Below are positions 13,081-26,500 of a stretch of 64,000 bases of DNA, piece by piece (the stretch's first letter is position 1; every line of letters begins with the position of its first letter). The stretch lies in NCBI GenBank assembly GCA_043228905.1, contig JBHGNT010000021.1, positions 372,001-436,000 of the forward strand, written 5' to 3'. This DNA comes from Azolla caroliniana. Its lineage: Eukaryota > Plantae > Polypodiophyta. The notes under the pieces are model-generated. The model was not told the origin of the DNA, made no database searches, and was given only the letters and a program-made list of their open reading frames with translations. The position numbers were made by a program, and so were the translations under genes.

Positions 13081-15490
13081 ATGGCGTCTTCCTCCTCACC
13101 TGTATGGATTCCCGTCTTTACTCCAGTCCAGGCCCCCACGATGCCCCCCTCCGTCCATGAAGAAGAAAAAGAAGGTGAGGCGTCCCGACTTGTCTTCCAT
13201 GCATAACACTAATGGTAGTCATCATAATGACCTAATCTCTTTTGAGCCTAATACCTAACTTGGGCATGTGCCTCAGCGGCTCCCACGGTACTCAGGCTTG
13301 TTTCCTACAACATTCTGGCCCAGGTATTCCTGCATTGCTTTTGTTTACGCTATAGTTAATATATGATCTACCCAGAGTCACCGTAGACTCTTGTTAATAT
13401 GTAATTATTGTGAATGTATTGATTTGCTACCCACCACATAACACGTTTATCCCCTGTGAGAAACCATATAAGCATTGCTAGATGAATAATCTTCGATGTA
13501 ATGGATACATACATATTGTCGTGATGCAGGCTTACTTGAGAAGTCGGTTTCTTCCACATTCTCCTTCTCATTGCCTAAGGTCAGCAAAGAAAAGTTTGAA
13601 TGGATTGTTATAATCACATTTTTGCGAGTCACGTTTTTTCTGCCACATATTTCTTTTGAGCAAATATGCCAAAGGTGGATTGTTCCCCCACCATAATCTC
13701 ACTTACATTTTTTCAGATGGAAGGCTCGTTCTGAGAATCTTTTAGCACAACTTTTGAGCTTTGATGCAGATGTTCTTTGCTTACAAGTGAATTCCCCTGA
13801 ATGAAAAGTTTGTTGATTCACTTTCATGTTTGGGTTACATCTATGGACAACATACTAGTTGGGGTCTTTGGTTTCCATTAGGAACTGGATGAATACGAGA
13901 GCTTCTACAAGGGGGAGTTAGGTCAACATGGGTATTCAAGCATTTATGCACAAAGGCCAGGAAGAAAAGATGGTTCAGCCATCTTTTATCGGCCTGGACG
14001 GTGGGTACTTTTTTCTGTAAAATTATGAAGAGGTTATGGATTACATATGGGCTTGACAAAGTTGGGCATTTTAAAAATGCTGTGATTGGCATTTGTGATT
14101 CATAGGGCATTCCAATAAATTTCGTTTCTCATTTTTGCAGACTTGAAGTGATAGAAACTGAGTTCGTTCACTACAATGATTTAGTTCTGGAAGATAATAA
14201 TGTGAATAAGGAAGTTGGACAAGTTTCACATGCAACCACAACTTTACAATATGAACATTCTTTTGAGAAATTGACGGGTTAGCCTTATAATTAAAATCAT
14301 ACTACACAAATTTGATATGAATGACATTTATAATCGTATAACTAATGGAAACACAGACAGGGGTGATCCAAATGATCCACAGGTGCGCCTTAGGAGGGAT
14401 TGCGTAGGCATCATGGCTGGTTTTAGAGTTTTACCTGCTCTGGAGGATAGGGTATTTTTGCTGGCAAATACACAAATTTACTGGTATTCTAATCACATAT
14501 ACTTCTACATTGCTAGAATAGAGTACCCGTTGTTAATGGAATAAATACGAAACCTTTTTAGCTCTCCTCCTAATATAGCCCACTATTGGAAGTGAGGTGA
14601 GTAGGTTTCCAGTTTGAGCGTATGGTTAGTTCCAAGGCTGTACTTTGAGGTTCAGACTGGCTCGCTCTTCATATAGTTTTCTTATAAAGGTTTTCAAATT
14701 CAAATGCCCTTTATTTTATGTTGAGGAGAAAAATATTTTGGCTCCCAAGATTTAGCCTTCTTTGACTTTAAAAGTATGGATTTTCAGATAATAATAAATA
14801 GGAAACTGGTGCGAATGTACTGACATAGTTAGGTCTATTGCTAATGGGCGGAGATTGATCTTCATTATTCATTTTTTCTATCAAAATTGTTTTTCATTCT
14901 AGGGATCCTGATTGGGTGGATGTGAAACTAGCACAAGTGAATTACCTCACAGACCGTATTTTAAAGTTTCAATGTACCTTAGAAACAATCTTGAAGCTTC
15001 GCAAATTCCCAATAATTATATGCGGCGATTTTAACTCTACACCAGGTGATCAGGTAGGTGTATCCCTATGTCTGTGTGTGCATGAAGGCAAGGAGTTTCT
15101 AAACATGAGCATGTTTGTGTTGCCCTTTTTGATATTCAGGTATATAACTACCTTGTGCATGATGGTGTTGAAGTATCTGTTGAAACTAAGTTGTCAAATT
15201 TGTCATTATACTCTGAGAACAAGATACCGAGGAAGTGCTTGTTGCCGCTTCATAGCTTGTACGGATTTGTGCTAGGAGAACCGGAGTGCACCAATTGTGT
15301 ACCTGGATTCAAAGGTACTTTGGATTATATCTTTGTCTCCTCTTTTGACACTATGAAACCAGTGAGCCTCTTGCAAACCCCAACCCTAGACATTGAGGAT
15401 GTCAAGAATGGGCTCCCCAACCAAACCTATCCCAGTGACCATCTACCCATTGGCACAGATTTTATGATCCTTGGTTCAAAGCATGTATAA
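13081..15490 (+). CDS. CCR4-like EEP-family deadenylase (CCR4 homolog 4 / HESPERIN-like), 9 exons: 13081-13174, 13277-13323, 13530-13579, 13717-13786, 13882-14000, 14141-14277, 14356-14483, 14903-15053, 15140-15490
   Basis: Spliced motifs LVSYNILAQ, LRWKARS, DVLCLQE, RGDPNDPQVRLRRDCVGIMA, YWDPDWVDVKLAQ, CGDFNSTP, GTLDYIF and PSDHLP. An in-frame upstream extension from ATG 12871 is possible. Confidence 0.9.
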
Positions 15491-17541
15491 TCTTTATTGT
15501 TGAACATAACATACTTAAAGAATGAAAGCAAGATTCTAGACCCTTATTAGGACCCCAAACGTGGGGATTTTAGAAGATGTACATTTTAAAGATGCTGTGT
15601 AGGCAGTATTGTGTAGAAGACATGTTTATAATCACATGGAAATAAGCCAAGGATTTGTGAACGTAGATTTATTTGTACTACATACTGAAATTGGAAAATG
15701 GATTTGCTTGATTTGTGTTGCTACTAAATTCTGGTCCTTGCTTTGCATATGCAAGTCTCTCTATCTCTCTCTGATAAATGATTGAGGGCATGCTATAAAA
15801 AGAGAAAAGTACTAGAAGAATTCATATGAGAGACATAAGAAAGTTACTTGTTATCCACTCAATCCATGAGGAAGAAGGCATCGTCTAGTTACCTTGCGGG
15901 GTATGCATTTGTGGTCTTGATGGTTCATGCGCAAATAAATGATTTTGGTGCAAAGGATGTCATAAGAAAGAATGCCATGAAACACAAGTACTTTATGAGT
16001 TTAGACATATCTAGCCAAAGACATGAAAATGACCTATTCAAGAAAGACAAAAATATGGGAGATTCATTGGCAGGTTCACCATACCTAGATTGAAAGCATA
16101 TTCATGTGTTAAATTTTTAAAACCCCAAAGGTGATTTGTTGAGAGTTGTATGTCTAGTTGTGTACATTGTAACTTATATGAGCTTTCTCATTTTAATTTT
16201 GTAATACCCATGATTATATTAATAAATTTGAGTGAAAAATGTTACATTCATACTACAATTGAGTGGTATCAAGATGAGCTCTCCATTGAGGAAATAATTT
16301 TGACTCCCATAAACAAAATTACCATATCATATGCCCTAACTCTATGCATACTATCATTGTGGCACAATCCCCAATATCTTAGAAACAATAAAACGATTCC
16401 CTCTTTGATTTCAGCTCAATCTATGTCATTTTTGCAAACCGCCCAATGCATTGGCATCAAATAACATGAAAAAACGTACTAAATTTGAGATATGTAACTC
16501 TAAATCTAACGATTAATTACACATTGTATGAAATGATAAATACCATATTCCACTTGAATAATGCAAAATAAAAAACTTCTTTAGAACCAATCCCCAATGG
16601 CCAATGGATAGAAAAAAAAACGAAAAGAACACAAAATAAACATTATTCTGCAAACAATTAAATGGGTGGAACTTGGACTAGGTGAGTCTGCAAGTACAAA
16701 GGAACCAAGTTTCCTCATTTCCAAATTTAGGAATATATCATTGAAACTTATTTTCAGATGTTCTTATATAATAAAATATTTAGCTAACATATGAAGCAAA
16801 TTTAATTTTAATACTTCACAACATATTCCACAAATGTAGAACATAATGGAGAAGACAACACATAGGTAGGTGTCTTCAACAATCTATAGCTCAAAATAGA
16901 TGGAGCAAGCAAATGGTGGGTCACATTAAGAAAAATCTGTAGAAGTCCTATGTTTTTATCGAACTACAATGCATAGACATTTAGGGAAAAGTCCATATTG
17001 AAAATTTTACAACAAATCTTTATGATCCCTTAAAAAACCTGGAAAATATGTAAAAAAAAATCATTTTCCATTTAACATGTTACCTGCAGGAAACAGTAAG
17101 AATAGACAATTCGTATTTGAGATAGAAAAACACTGAATTTCCAGCTACAAAATGACATGAAGTTGACTGTAGAAGTGCAGCTGAATTCATGTTATCGTAA
17201 CTGTGTATTACCAATGCATGTGGGTTTTGGAATGTTATATATACTGCCAATCAAAATAGTAGCCTGATAAGGGGCATTACTGATATAAGTGTTAGGAATG
17301 GAAGCTTCAAGAAGATGATATAAAAAATTAGCAACTAAACTTGGAGATTAGCAATACTTTCGAACAGGGACCACAAACTAATACGTCCAGCAAATGGAGG
17401 CAGGCTCTGAAGGCATTGGAAAAGCAGGTAGCAAGTCACCACAGAAAATAATAGCACAATTTATCTTCCCCATGTTGGAAGAGCTATGACAGAGAACACT
17501 AAATAAATGTCTAAGCATATCCCACACGGAATGTTAGTAAA

Positions 17542-20500
17542 TCATAAAATTTGCATCTCCCGATCCCTTCCTCTAATTGATCTATGAATCAATTCCAATC
17601 CAAGCAAAGATGAGACAGCGTTATCTTGGGGGGAGACTTTGTGATCAACATAAGTGTCAAACACCATTGCCAAGAATGAGAGCTGTTGAGCTAGTGTTTC
17701 ATTCTCCTGGGATTCTGGAAGAAATTCTAAAACACGAATATTCACCTACACAATCCACAAATAAAAAATATTAAATACGAGTACAAAGTCTACATAACTC
17801 ACAATTCTAACAATGTCTTCTGTTTGTCATGTACTCATCCAAATGCTACTTTACAACAGTTGTGTCCCACTTATCTCATTTGATTCTCTCATACCAGAGT
17901 TTCAAATTATAATTTTGGAGAAAACTTCTGCATTATGCAACAAAGAAAATCTCAAGGATTCTCAATTACCAAAAATAGCCTAAACTTTAGCAGGTTTATG
18001 CATAACGAAAAGTAAAGATCAGCAGAAACTATTACAATGAACTCTAATGCAATCAGTTAATGAATTTTGACAATAAAAATTGGAACACCACCTGTATTTC
18101 CATGGCATGTAGCTCACTGAAGCTGAAGAAGTTCTCTACAGAAATTTTAGATTTCTCAATCACATCTAGAACACCAGCTGGTGGTTTTGGAAGACTTCGC
18201 ACCAATCCTTCAGATACCGAACACAGCTTGAATTGTGGAGGACGGGTTGGATATTCACTACTTAGCTTTACCTGAATTAGAAAACAATCTTCTCATATTC
18301 CTGAACATTTCCTTCACAAATAATATTGACCTTCAACTCTTCCTCTCTCTATAACAAAGGGGTTACGATTGATCGGGCAATGGCAATTTGCCGTGCACGT
18401 AGGCCCCGGCCCCATGGACCACGACCCCGACACCCTTGTCATCGACAAATAAAAGCCATTATCTCCCGCCATCGTAGGTGCTTCCCTCACTTTGGAGACA
18501 TTTCCATTCTAGATCGACCTATGATAGAGATCTTTCGGAGACAAAGGCTACAATACACCTAACTTGAGAATCTCGCATGTGCCAAAAACCAGATTCTCTC
18601 GTCTCTTTTCTCTTCATCTTATTTACTTTTATATTTATTGTGTAATATTTACTTTATTTTGATTTGTTCTCAAAGACGAGAAAACATTTAAGATGTAATC
18701 TCTTATTCGGTCTTATAGGCCATTTTGGCCTCTTAAAAGACGTTAATATATCTTTCTTTCTTTCTATCAATATGATTGTATTTCTCTAAACAATTGTATA
18801 AAGAATCTGTGGCTGCTCAGAATAAGCTTGCATAATGCAGACATACACAAATATAAAGACTGATGCACAACCAGACATGCACAAACATCCATACACTATA
18901 CATTAAGACACTTTATTATAGGAGCAGCCACGCCATTAAGGAGGCTAGCTTAATTCCGGAATATGTGCAAGCTAAAAAGAAGAAAGTAGAATGGTGAGGA
19001 GAACCCAATTCGTAGGACACTTTGTAGGTTGCACAGCAAGGAGCCAAAGATATACATGAAACTATAGCAGCTTTAGCAATGGCATAATTGGTGGACACAC
19101 AGAGTGTTTCGCTTTTATCCTCAACATGATATTGTGCATCATTTCCATCACTGAAAGGTTAGTCTTTATGGCAGTTATCTCATTACATTCTTCTGTCTTC
19201 TGGACTTCTGTCTCCAGAAGGAATGCATATTTCTCATTCAGTACCGTCACACATTTTGCATATCAATACCTAGAAAGCTGTGTATCAAGACATTCTTTGC
19301 TCTTGGAGGAGCCAGGCCATTATGGGCTCCTTGTGAGTAAAAGGAACAAAGCAGGATGGTGAAGAGAACCCAAAACAAAGAAAGATATGCAGGCTCCACA
19401 ACCGGCAGCGACAGATACACAAGGAAATCATACAAATTTAACAATGGCATAATCCGTTGGCCATGGCATGTGTGTTTATTTTCAGCATGTTATTGTGCAT
19501 CATGTCCATGACATGAAAGGTTACTTGTCATGACAATTCATCTCATTGCAGTCTTCAATGTTCTAAAAAAAATTCTTCAGAGGAGGTGCATGATTGTCAT
19601 TTATTGCCACAGCATATCAGCACTCCGGTGTGCATTAAGCACTTGATGCAGCATCCGGATATTTCACACTGCTGTGAAGAATATGTATTTCTAGTGCTGT
19701 AAAATATAACGATATTTCAGTTGAAAACAAGCAAAAAGGAGCATGCCCAAGCAGAAAGGGAACTCAGAACCTTCAACTATCATATTATCACTTGATTTGA
19801 TCACAAAGCTTGTCATTTTTAAGTGGCTGATATATGCACAAGAACATAAACCTGCCTGCTGAAACCACTCTGATGAGAACTGAATTCATTTGGAAATGGC
19901 TTAGGTTGTTTTTGTAGTCAATTCTCCCACAAGCAATGCCAACCAGAGTATATCAAGATTACAATGTTGCTAATTGTCATAAAGGCGAACACTACCGCAT
20001 CGAATCAAAGATTAGGAAGGTTTTCAATGAAATCCATCATTTACATCATGAAAACAAATACCAGATGAAAATCTTGAACTTCTCTGTCTAGATTTCTAGA
20101 GTGACGGAATGTTTTTTCCAATCAAATCATGGATGAGGTGTTTATGGCAGAGACCAATCGGAATGGACTTGAGCACATAATACAGAGAAATGCCATAGCA
20201 TTTCTATGCTATAACCTACAGTTTCATTCTGCTTGTTTCCTTCCCATGGATACGAATTATGGAACAGGCATCTGCCAATCACATCGTCTATATGAGAAGT
20301 CTACTAACCAGAAGGAAGCTTCCCTAGAACTAGGTGTCACAAGGGAAAAACACATTAATGCATTACAAACACAAGTTTGCTACATTGGCTAGCATTCATA
20401 TTTGAAGACAACTGCCCAACAACCAATGCCAGCCCAAGGTATATCAAGGTTACAGCATTGGTAATTGCAATAGAGGAGATTGAATATCAGGAAACGAAAT

Positions 20501-23500
20501 TCAACATATGTAGAGTGATTGGATGCAGGAAAACACCTGCAAAAAATTGGAAATTGTTGCAGTCGGAGACAAATTATTATTGGTGGTGTCTTGGCAAAAG
20601 ATGTTGATACAAAATCATTTCTTCTTCAAGTTTGATTTATTGCGTACCTTTACCATCAAAAACCTCAGTATCTTTAAAAGTCTTGGACAATTAACAATGG
20701 TTTCAATGGCCCGTATTATATGTTATCCAACTCCACCAGAGGTGTGAAGTGGTTTCATTTCTAATGTGCCGATAGCTTCTGTTTGTGGTCATTTTCATGA
20801 TTATAGGTAGCAATGGTCACGGTTTCGGCTCAAACCGAACTGAACCATTAAGCCATGGTTTAACGGTTTATTGGTTCCAAAAAAAATTAATGGTCTGGTT
20901 TGGCTTGGATTTTCGATAAAAGATTCGGTTCTAAAACTCGTGTTTATAGGTTTAAATGGTTTGGTTTAAAGGTTTATAGGTTTTTGGTTAACTTTTTTTA
21001 CCTTAATAGTTTATTAATTTTATGGTTTGTTATTGATTTAATTAATTTAACTTAAATGTTTATTGAATTTAATGGTTCAATTAAAGTTTCTTCCCCATGC
21101 CTGGCCCATAGTTGCATAAAATGATGTTTCCTGTAATTAAGGAATTCAGGAACATCTTATTGCTATTAGAAATAGTAGGAATGTCATTATTTTCTATTAA
21201 TATTCTTTTCAAGTGTTCCTTTAGTGACCCTTTCATAAATATTCTGTGTTTTCTTAGTCAAATATTTTTCTTTAGTGGTTTCCATTTTCCAGCGTTCCCT
21301 CTCTTCATAATATTCCAAGGGTGTATTTGGCTCTAATTCCCACAAAAGTTCCTTGGCTCCGCGCAAATGATTAAACTTGGAAGTGATCCATTCACACTTT
21401 GTGAAAATGGGACAAGCTTTCTTCGCCAATCTTAAGACTCAACAGTCTTATGATAGTAATTTTCTTTGAGGCTGAGTTCGAATATGCATTTTTTCCATTA
21501 AATTTCTATTTTTTTATTTCTTAATTTCTTCTTTGAACCAGAGGCCCATCATTTCCATTTTTTATTTGTCATTTATCAATTCTCTATTTCCTTAACTTCT
21601 AGCTACTATGGCACAAGAACAGCAAAGTTCCATGTATGCTGAATCTGTTTATAGTGAATGTGCCCGTGCATGTGACCCATAGGAGTATTCACACTCCAGT
21701 TGAGAAGCAATGGGGAATCGCCCATATAAACTGGCATGTTCAGATTCTCTAACAAGCTATCTAAGGAATTGATGTCACAAGGCTCTAATTAGAAAGACCA
21801 CAATTGGTCTGAATAATAATGGGATACATGAAGAGCTCTGGTACATCCATATTTTATATTCTTGTAACTTTCTGGATCTCATATATGTAACTGATAACCC
21901 ACTGGCTAAAAGAAAATGACTTCTATGCAGACCAGAAAGTACAAAGAAAATATCCTGCCTTACTAATCACAGAAAAAGTCTAATGCATTTTGGCCTCAGA
22001 ATAGTGTCTCTAAGAAAATCTTGTACATAGGGAATCAACATCTAGGGTGTCAAGACTTTCGAGAATTTTCATATCAATTACAGAAAGTAAAGATGAAAGA
22101 GGTACAACAGTTTCCAAACCTCGGAAGTGCACATACCTTAGCTTCCAATTCAATTGCTTTTCCTCCAGGACCATCATCTCTTCTAAAAACAGCAGTAAAC
22201 AGTCGGGTGCCACAATCCTCCCAGAGTGGCTTTACCTTGGGAAGTTTAGCAGGACTCAAAGCCTCAGTCACACCCAGATCCTCCATGCTGCCTTCCGCAA
22301 GTATAGCTGCTTCTGATAGCATAATTTCATCATCCAAACCCCCAGTTTCTAGGCCCTGAAAGCTGGTTGATCCAGAGTTACCTATTGTAAATGCACCTTT
22401 CATCGTTGCTGCAGGGAAGCGTCTTATTTGGTTTTTCTCTTTTACTGGAATTCTTTTCCTCCCTTGCAAATCAGCGTACTTTGATCCTTTAATAGCTTGA
22501 ACTAATCCAGCTGCAGGAAGTTCACCATCTTCTCGTACAGATTCTAAGCTATTTATAGGTGAAACCTCCATTTCATCTAGAGGGGAAGCGAATGAGATAA
22601 CAATTGATGTATCATCATTACTAACAGGAGCTTTTTGCAACTTGGCTGGGGTGATCTCAGCCCAACTTTGCAGATAGCACTTACGTTTGCATGATCCCCA
22701 TGGTGTTTCAGTGTACAAACAATCTGGCAACTTTATGCATGCAAGGGTATCAAGTTGCTCCCTGTATATCAGGGTAAATGGTCATAAATACTGTCCCCTG
22801 AGAATCTATTGCAGCCGACATGGATAATTCATGATAATTATAGAAAGAGAAAAGAAAACATCATGGTGTTGAGCATCACATATAAGTAGACACCATAACA
22901 TTGGTACACTTGTTTTAGGCGATTTAATTTGCAAAGAATGTTTGGTTCTTAAAGGTCTGTTCCATGATTATAAGTTAGGAGGTTCCATAAAACTGCCATA
23001 TTGGCTGTTTTAAACGTTTTGAAACATGAGAAAGATGCATTTTTTTACTTACTTCAATGCTAAATGAGATTTCTTTCGCCTACGAAGCTTTTCAAGTATA
23101 GTTTGAACTCGGTGTTGGCGGCGATATGCAATCAAGCCATTGTGAATCAACAATCCCTTTGATGATTCTCCTGTAGGAGTACCATCTATTAAAGGAGGTT
23201 GTTCTGACAGAAAATCAACACCAGCCAAATGCTGGACCCATTTATAAGGATGAAATCGACGAGTGGTGTCGTATTGAAAGTCGACACCAGCTGATAATTT
23301 TGCAACCTGTTGCATTTCACATTATCAAAGACTGAAACAAAACATTTGAGACCTCACAAAGTAGATGAATAATACCTCTGTTGGGAGTTCCTCGCCACTA
23401 TCATCAGGAAAGAGATTGGTGAGGAGCACCAATGGTCCATCCTGGGAACCTTCGACCCCCGCGCACACAAGTTTTAGCTTCATCAGGTACTCAAATCGTA

Positions 23501-26500
23501 AGGTTATCAATTTATTCCCTTTTCCATTTCCAGCAAAATCATCATCATATATGTGCCATAGAATAGAAAGAGGATGAGCATGATACACTCCTTCATCTAA
23601 AATCTCCTTAAAATGTGATTTTCTTGTTCTTTTTCTTCTTCGCTGAGAATCATCCTCCTCTTCCTGTATATCTTCTTCTAACTTCATCTCTTCATGAATT
23701 CCATGTGAGAAACCTACAAGATCAAGATCGAAGGAGTTTTTTTAACTGCTACATACAATAATTTCTTGTTTTGGTGTCCTTCAAAGGATTAAGTTTCACA
23801 TTTGACGATTACTTGTGAATTAAAATGAGCTAATAAATATGGATAATGGGCAATGTATACCTGGAATGTATCCCTAATGATACAATTTGCAAATTCTTTC
23901 TTCTAGAGATATTATTAATGCATATCTGCCTACCACAATCTCTAACTGATGTGAAGAAGTTCACAGACGCCTTATCACACTAACCAACACATAGGATAGA
24001 TGTATGTCCAGATAAGAGAATCTGATGATGAATCTATCCTCCAATTTGTGTAAAAAGTGTCTTATAGTGGGTCATCTTCCAACCAAGAGATGTTATGGGG
24101 CTGATCCATGGTTTTATGTGTTCAAAGTTGATAATATCAGCTCGGCTCACCCTTTTCCAATTTCTTCATGTTTAGGTGGGGATAATCAAAGCTATATTGG
24201 AGCAGGGGTAGTGCATTTATGCTTATGCGATGTGACTCGAAACATTTGTTGCCAGGAATGAATATGTCCGTGTTGAACAAGTCGTTTTAGGGACATAAGT
24301 GCCAAACTCAAGTACCTTTGTTTAGGGAGCTCCCATAGGCATTGGGTACTGGTCACTGATCGGAATAATGCACCAATGATTATTGGGGCTGCTGCCATCT
24401 TTGCCTGGATTATATCATGGGGCGCCAATGCTTTGCTCTTTATCATGCAGGCAATCATTGACTAAAGGTCTCCCTAGATCTTTCCAGTTATTTGCCTCAC
24501 TAAGACTCGGTCCCCAGGTTTCTACTCCATAGACAAGAGTTGGTGAAAGAAAGAAACATATATTAACATCTAGTAGAGGCCAAATTTGGCCTATGAGATA
24601 AATCATGATTACAAATATGGGTTAATTCATGCCACCATACTAAAACAAAAACAAAAGCTCTAGGTTTCCTAACGCAAGCGGTGGGATGAAGTGCACAATT
24701 AATATGTATAAGAGCAATTGTGGCTGGACTTCGTACCCGAGTTTGGTTGGTGTGGACAATGGGGCTAAGACAAAGTTTTACAAGTGCATTTGGGTGTCCC
24801 TGTGTATCAGACATGGCAACCAATGGTCTCCGTGTGCCTTATATCCTAGTACTTACATCTCCATTGTTGTCGGCATTCCTCTGCTCACTCTCTGGTGACT
24901 TGTTGACACATTGTTAGTGGAGGTAAAGAACTATGAAAGAAACCAGTGATGTGTGATTGTCGTTGCATCCTGAATGCTAATATAGGAAAAATGGAACTAT
25001 GACAAAGTTTGACCAATTCTCATAAAAATTGTGGAGTCAAGTTTACCGGCAAGATGTCCTCTGAATCGGACATGGCGAGTGTGCAATGGTGTCCATGAAT
25101 CTAGTGATAATATGGCCCATGAGCAATGGTCCACATGATTTTCGTATCCAAGGTTGGCTGGTTTGGAAAATGGAACTATGATGAAATTCCATTAGTGCAT
25201 TTGGTTGTACTGCGGATCAGACATAGTGAGCAATGGTCTCCATGAACTGGTGATGATATCACATATGTGCCTAATATCCTAGTAACTGTGGTCTCAATTC
25301 TCGTCAGCATTCCTCTGCTCACTCTTTGGTGACTTCCTCGGCACTTTATATCCTAGTACCTCAACCTCAGTCTCCATTGTCGCTGGCATTCCTCTGCTCA
25401 CTCTCTAGTGACTCCTCAGCACAATGTCAGTGGAGGTAAGGTGCTATTTAACAAACCAGTGATGTATGATTATCGCTGCATCCTGCATGCTAAATTAGGG
25501 GTTGATTCCCTGTGGTTTTGAAGCTCGGGCAAGATTTGGCCCATCATCTATCAAATGTCTTGTACGAGGTCAAAATGGTATACAAGGCCAAATAAGAGGA
25601 TTACATCTTACAGCAATGTCTCATCTTTCAGAACAGAAAACCATGATAAATTTATAATCTACTAATATAACTAACTAAATAAAAACCAATATGCTTGTTA
25701 GCTAGGCACTGAACTATTTAAGAAATAAAGGTAGAAGATAATAAAAGCAACAATTTTTATGGAATTCCAGACAAAGATGAGTTATTTTTCAATAGATCTA
25801 CAAAAACAGAACATAATCAAATTATTACAAGAATGAAAACATGCGCATATCTATATCTTAATTCATTGTTGGGCCTTGTGGTTTTACTATCCCTTAATCA
25901 TCATTATTTGCCATTAAAGCTAAATCTATACCATGAATTGTGGTGCATGTTTGCACAAGTCAGTCCAGATGACTTTTGGAAATCTCGTTGCATTAAGCAT
26001 GCACATTTAAGCCACCTTCATTGTGTTATATTCATATCACATGAAACAAAACGGAGTCAACCAATTGATAATAGGAAAATTTTCTTAAAATATGAACCTG
26101 ATCAAGCATAATGTGATTCGGACAAAGACTCTCCGAAGGCAATTGCACAAAAGACATGTCAGCTTCCATAAAAAGAGATTCAAAATCCCCAACGTTACGT
26201 TTGCCAAGAAAGCATATGTCCCTATCTGTAAAACATAAAGACTGCTACCTGAATCTTTCAATGCTTGTTGACGAGCAATTGCTTGACCATCTTTTGCACT
26301 TCCAATAATTTCCAGCTCAATATTATCATCAAAAGCTTCTTTGTAAGCTAAGACCTGTGTATACAGAATATAAAGGGGCGTTGGCAGTAACTCTGCCAGG
26401 TTATGTTGTTTCATGCGCTTAGTATAGAGTATTCCCAATTGTTGCTGAACTGGCAGAGACGCTTTTTTAAGAGCTTTCAGATGAGAAGGCAAGCTGGATA

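Noticed and set aside
19870-19900. ctgatga...gaaa resembling a hammerhead core
   Set aside because: No stem II closing directly onto GAAA and no stem I/III pairing.
20808-21560. aaaccgaac/ggttt-rich segment plus short ORF suggestive of a hAT/MITE relic
   Set aside because: No matching TIR pair, TSD or recognisable transposase motif.
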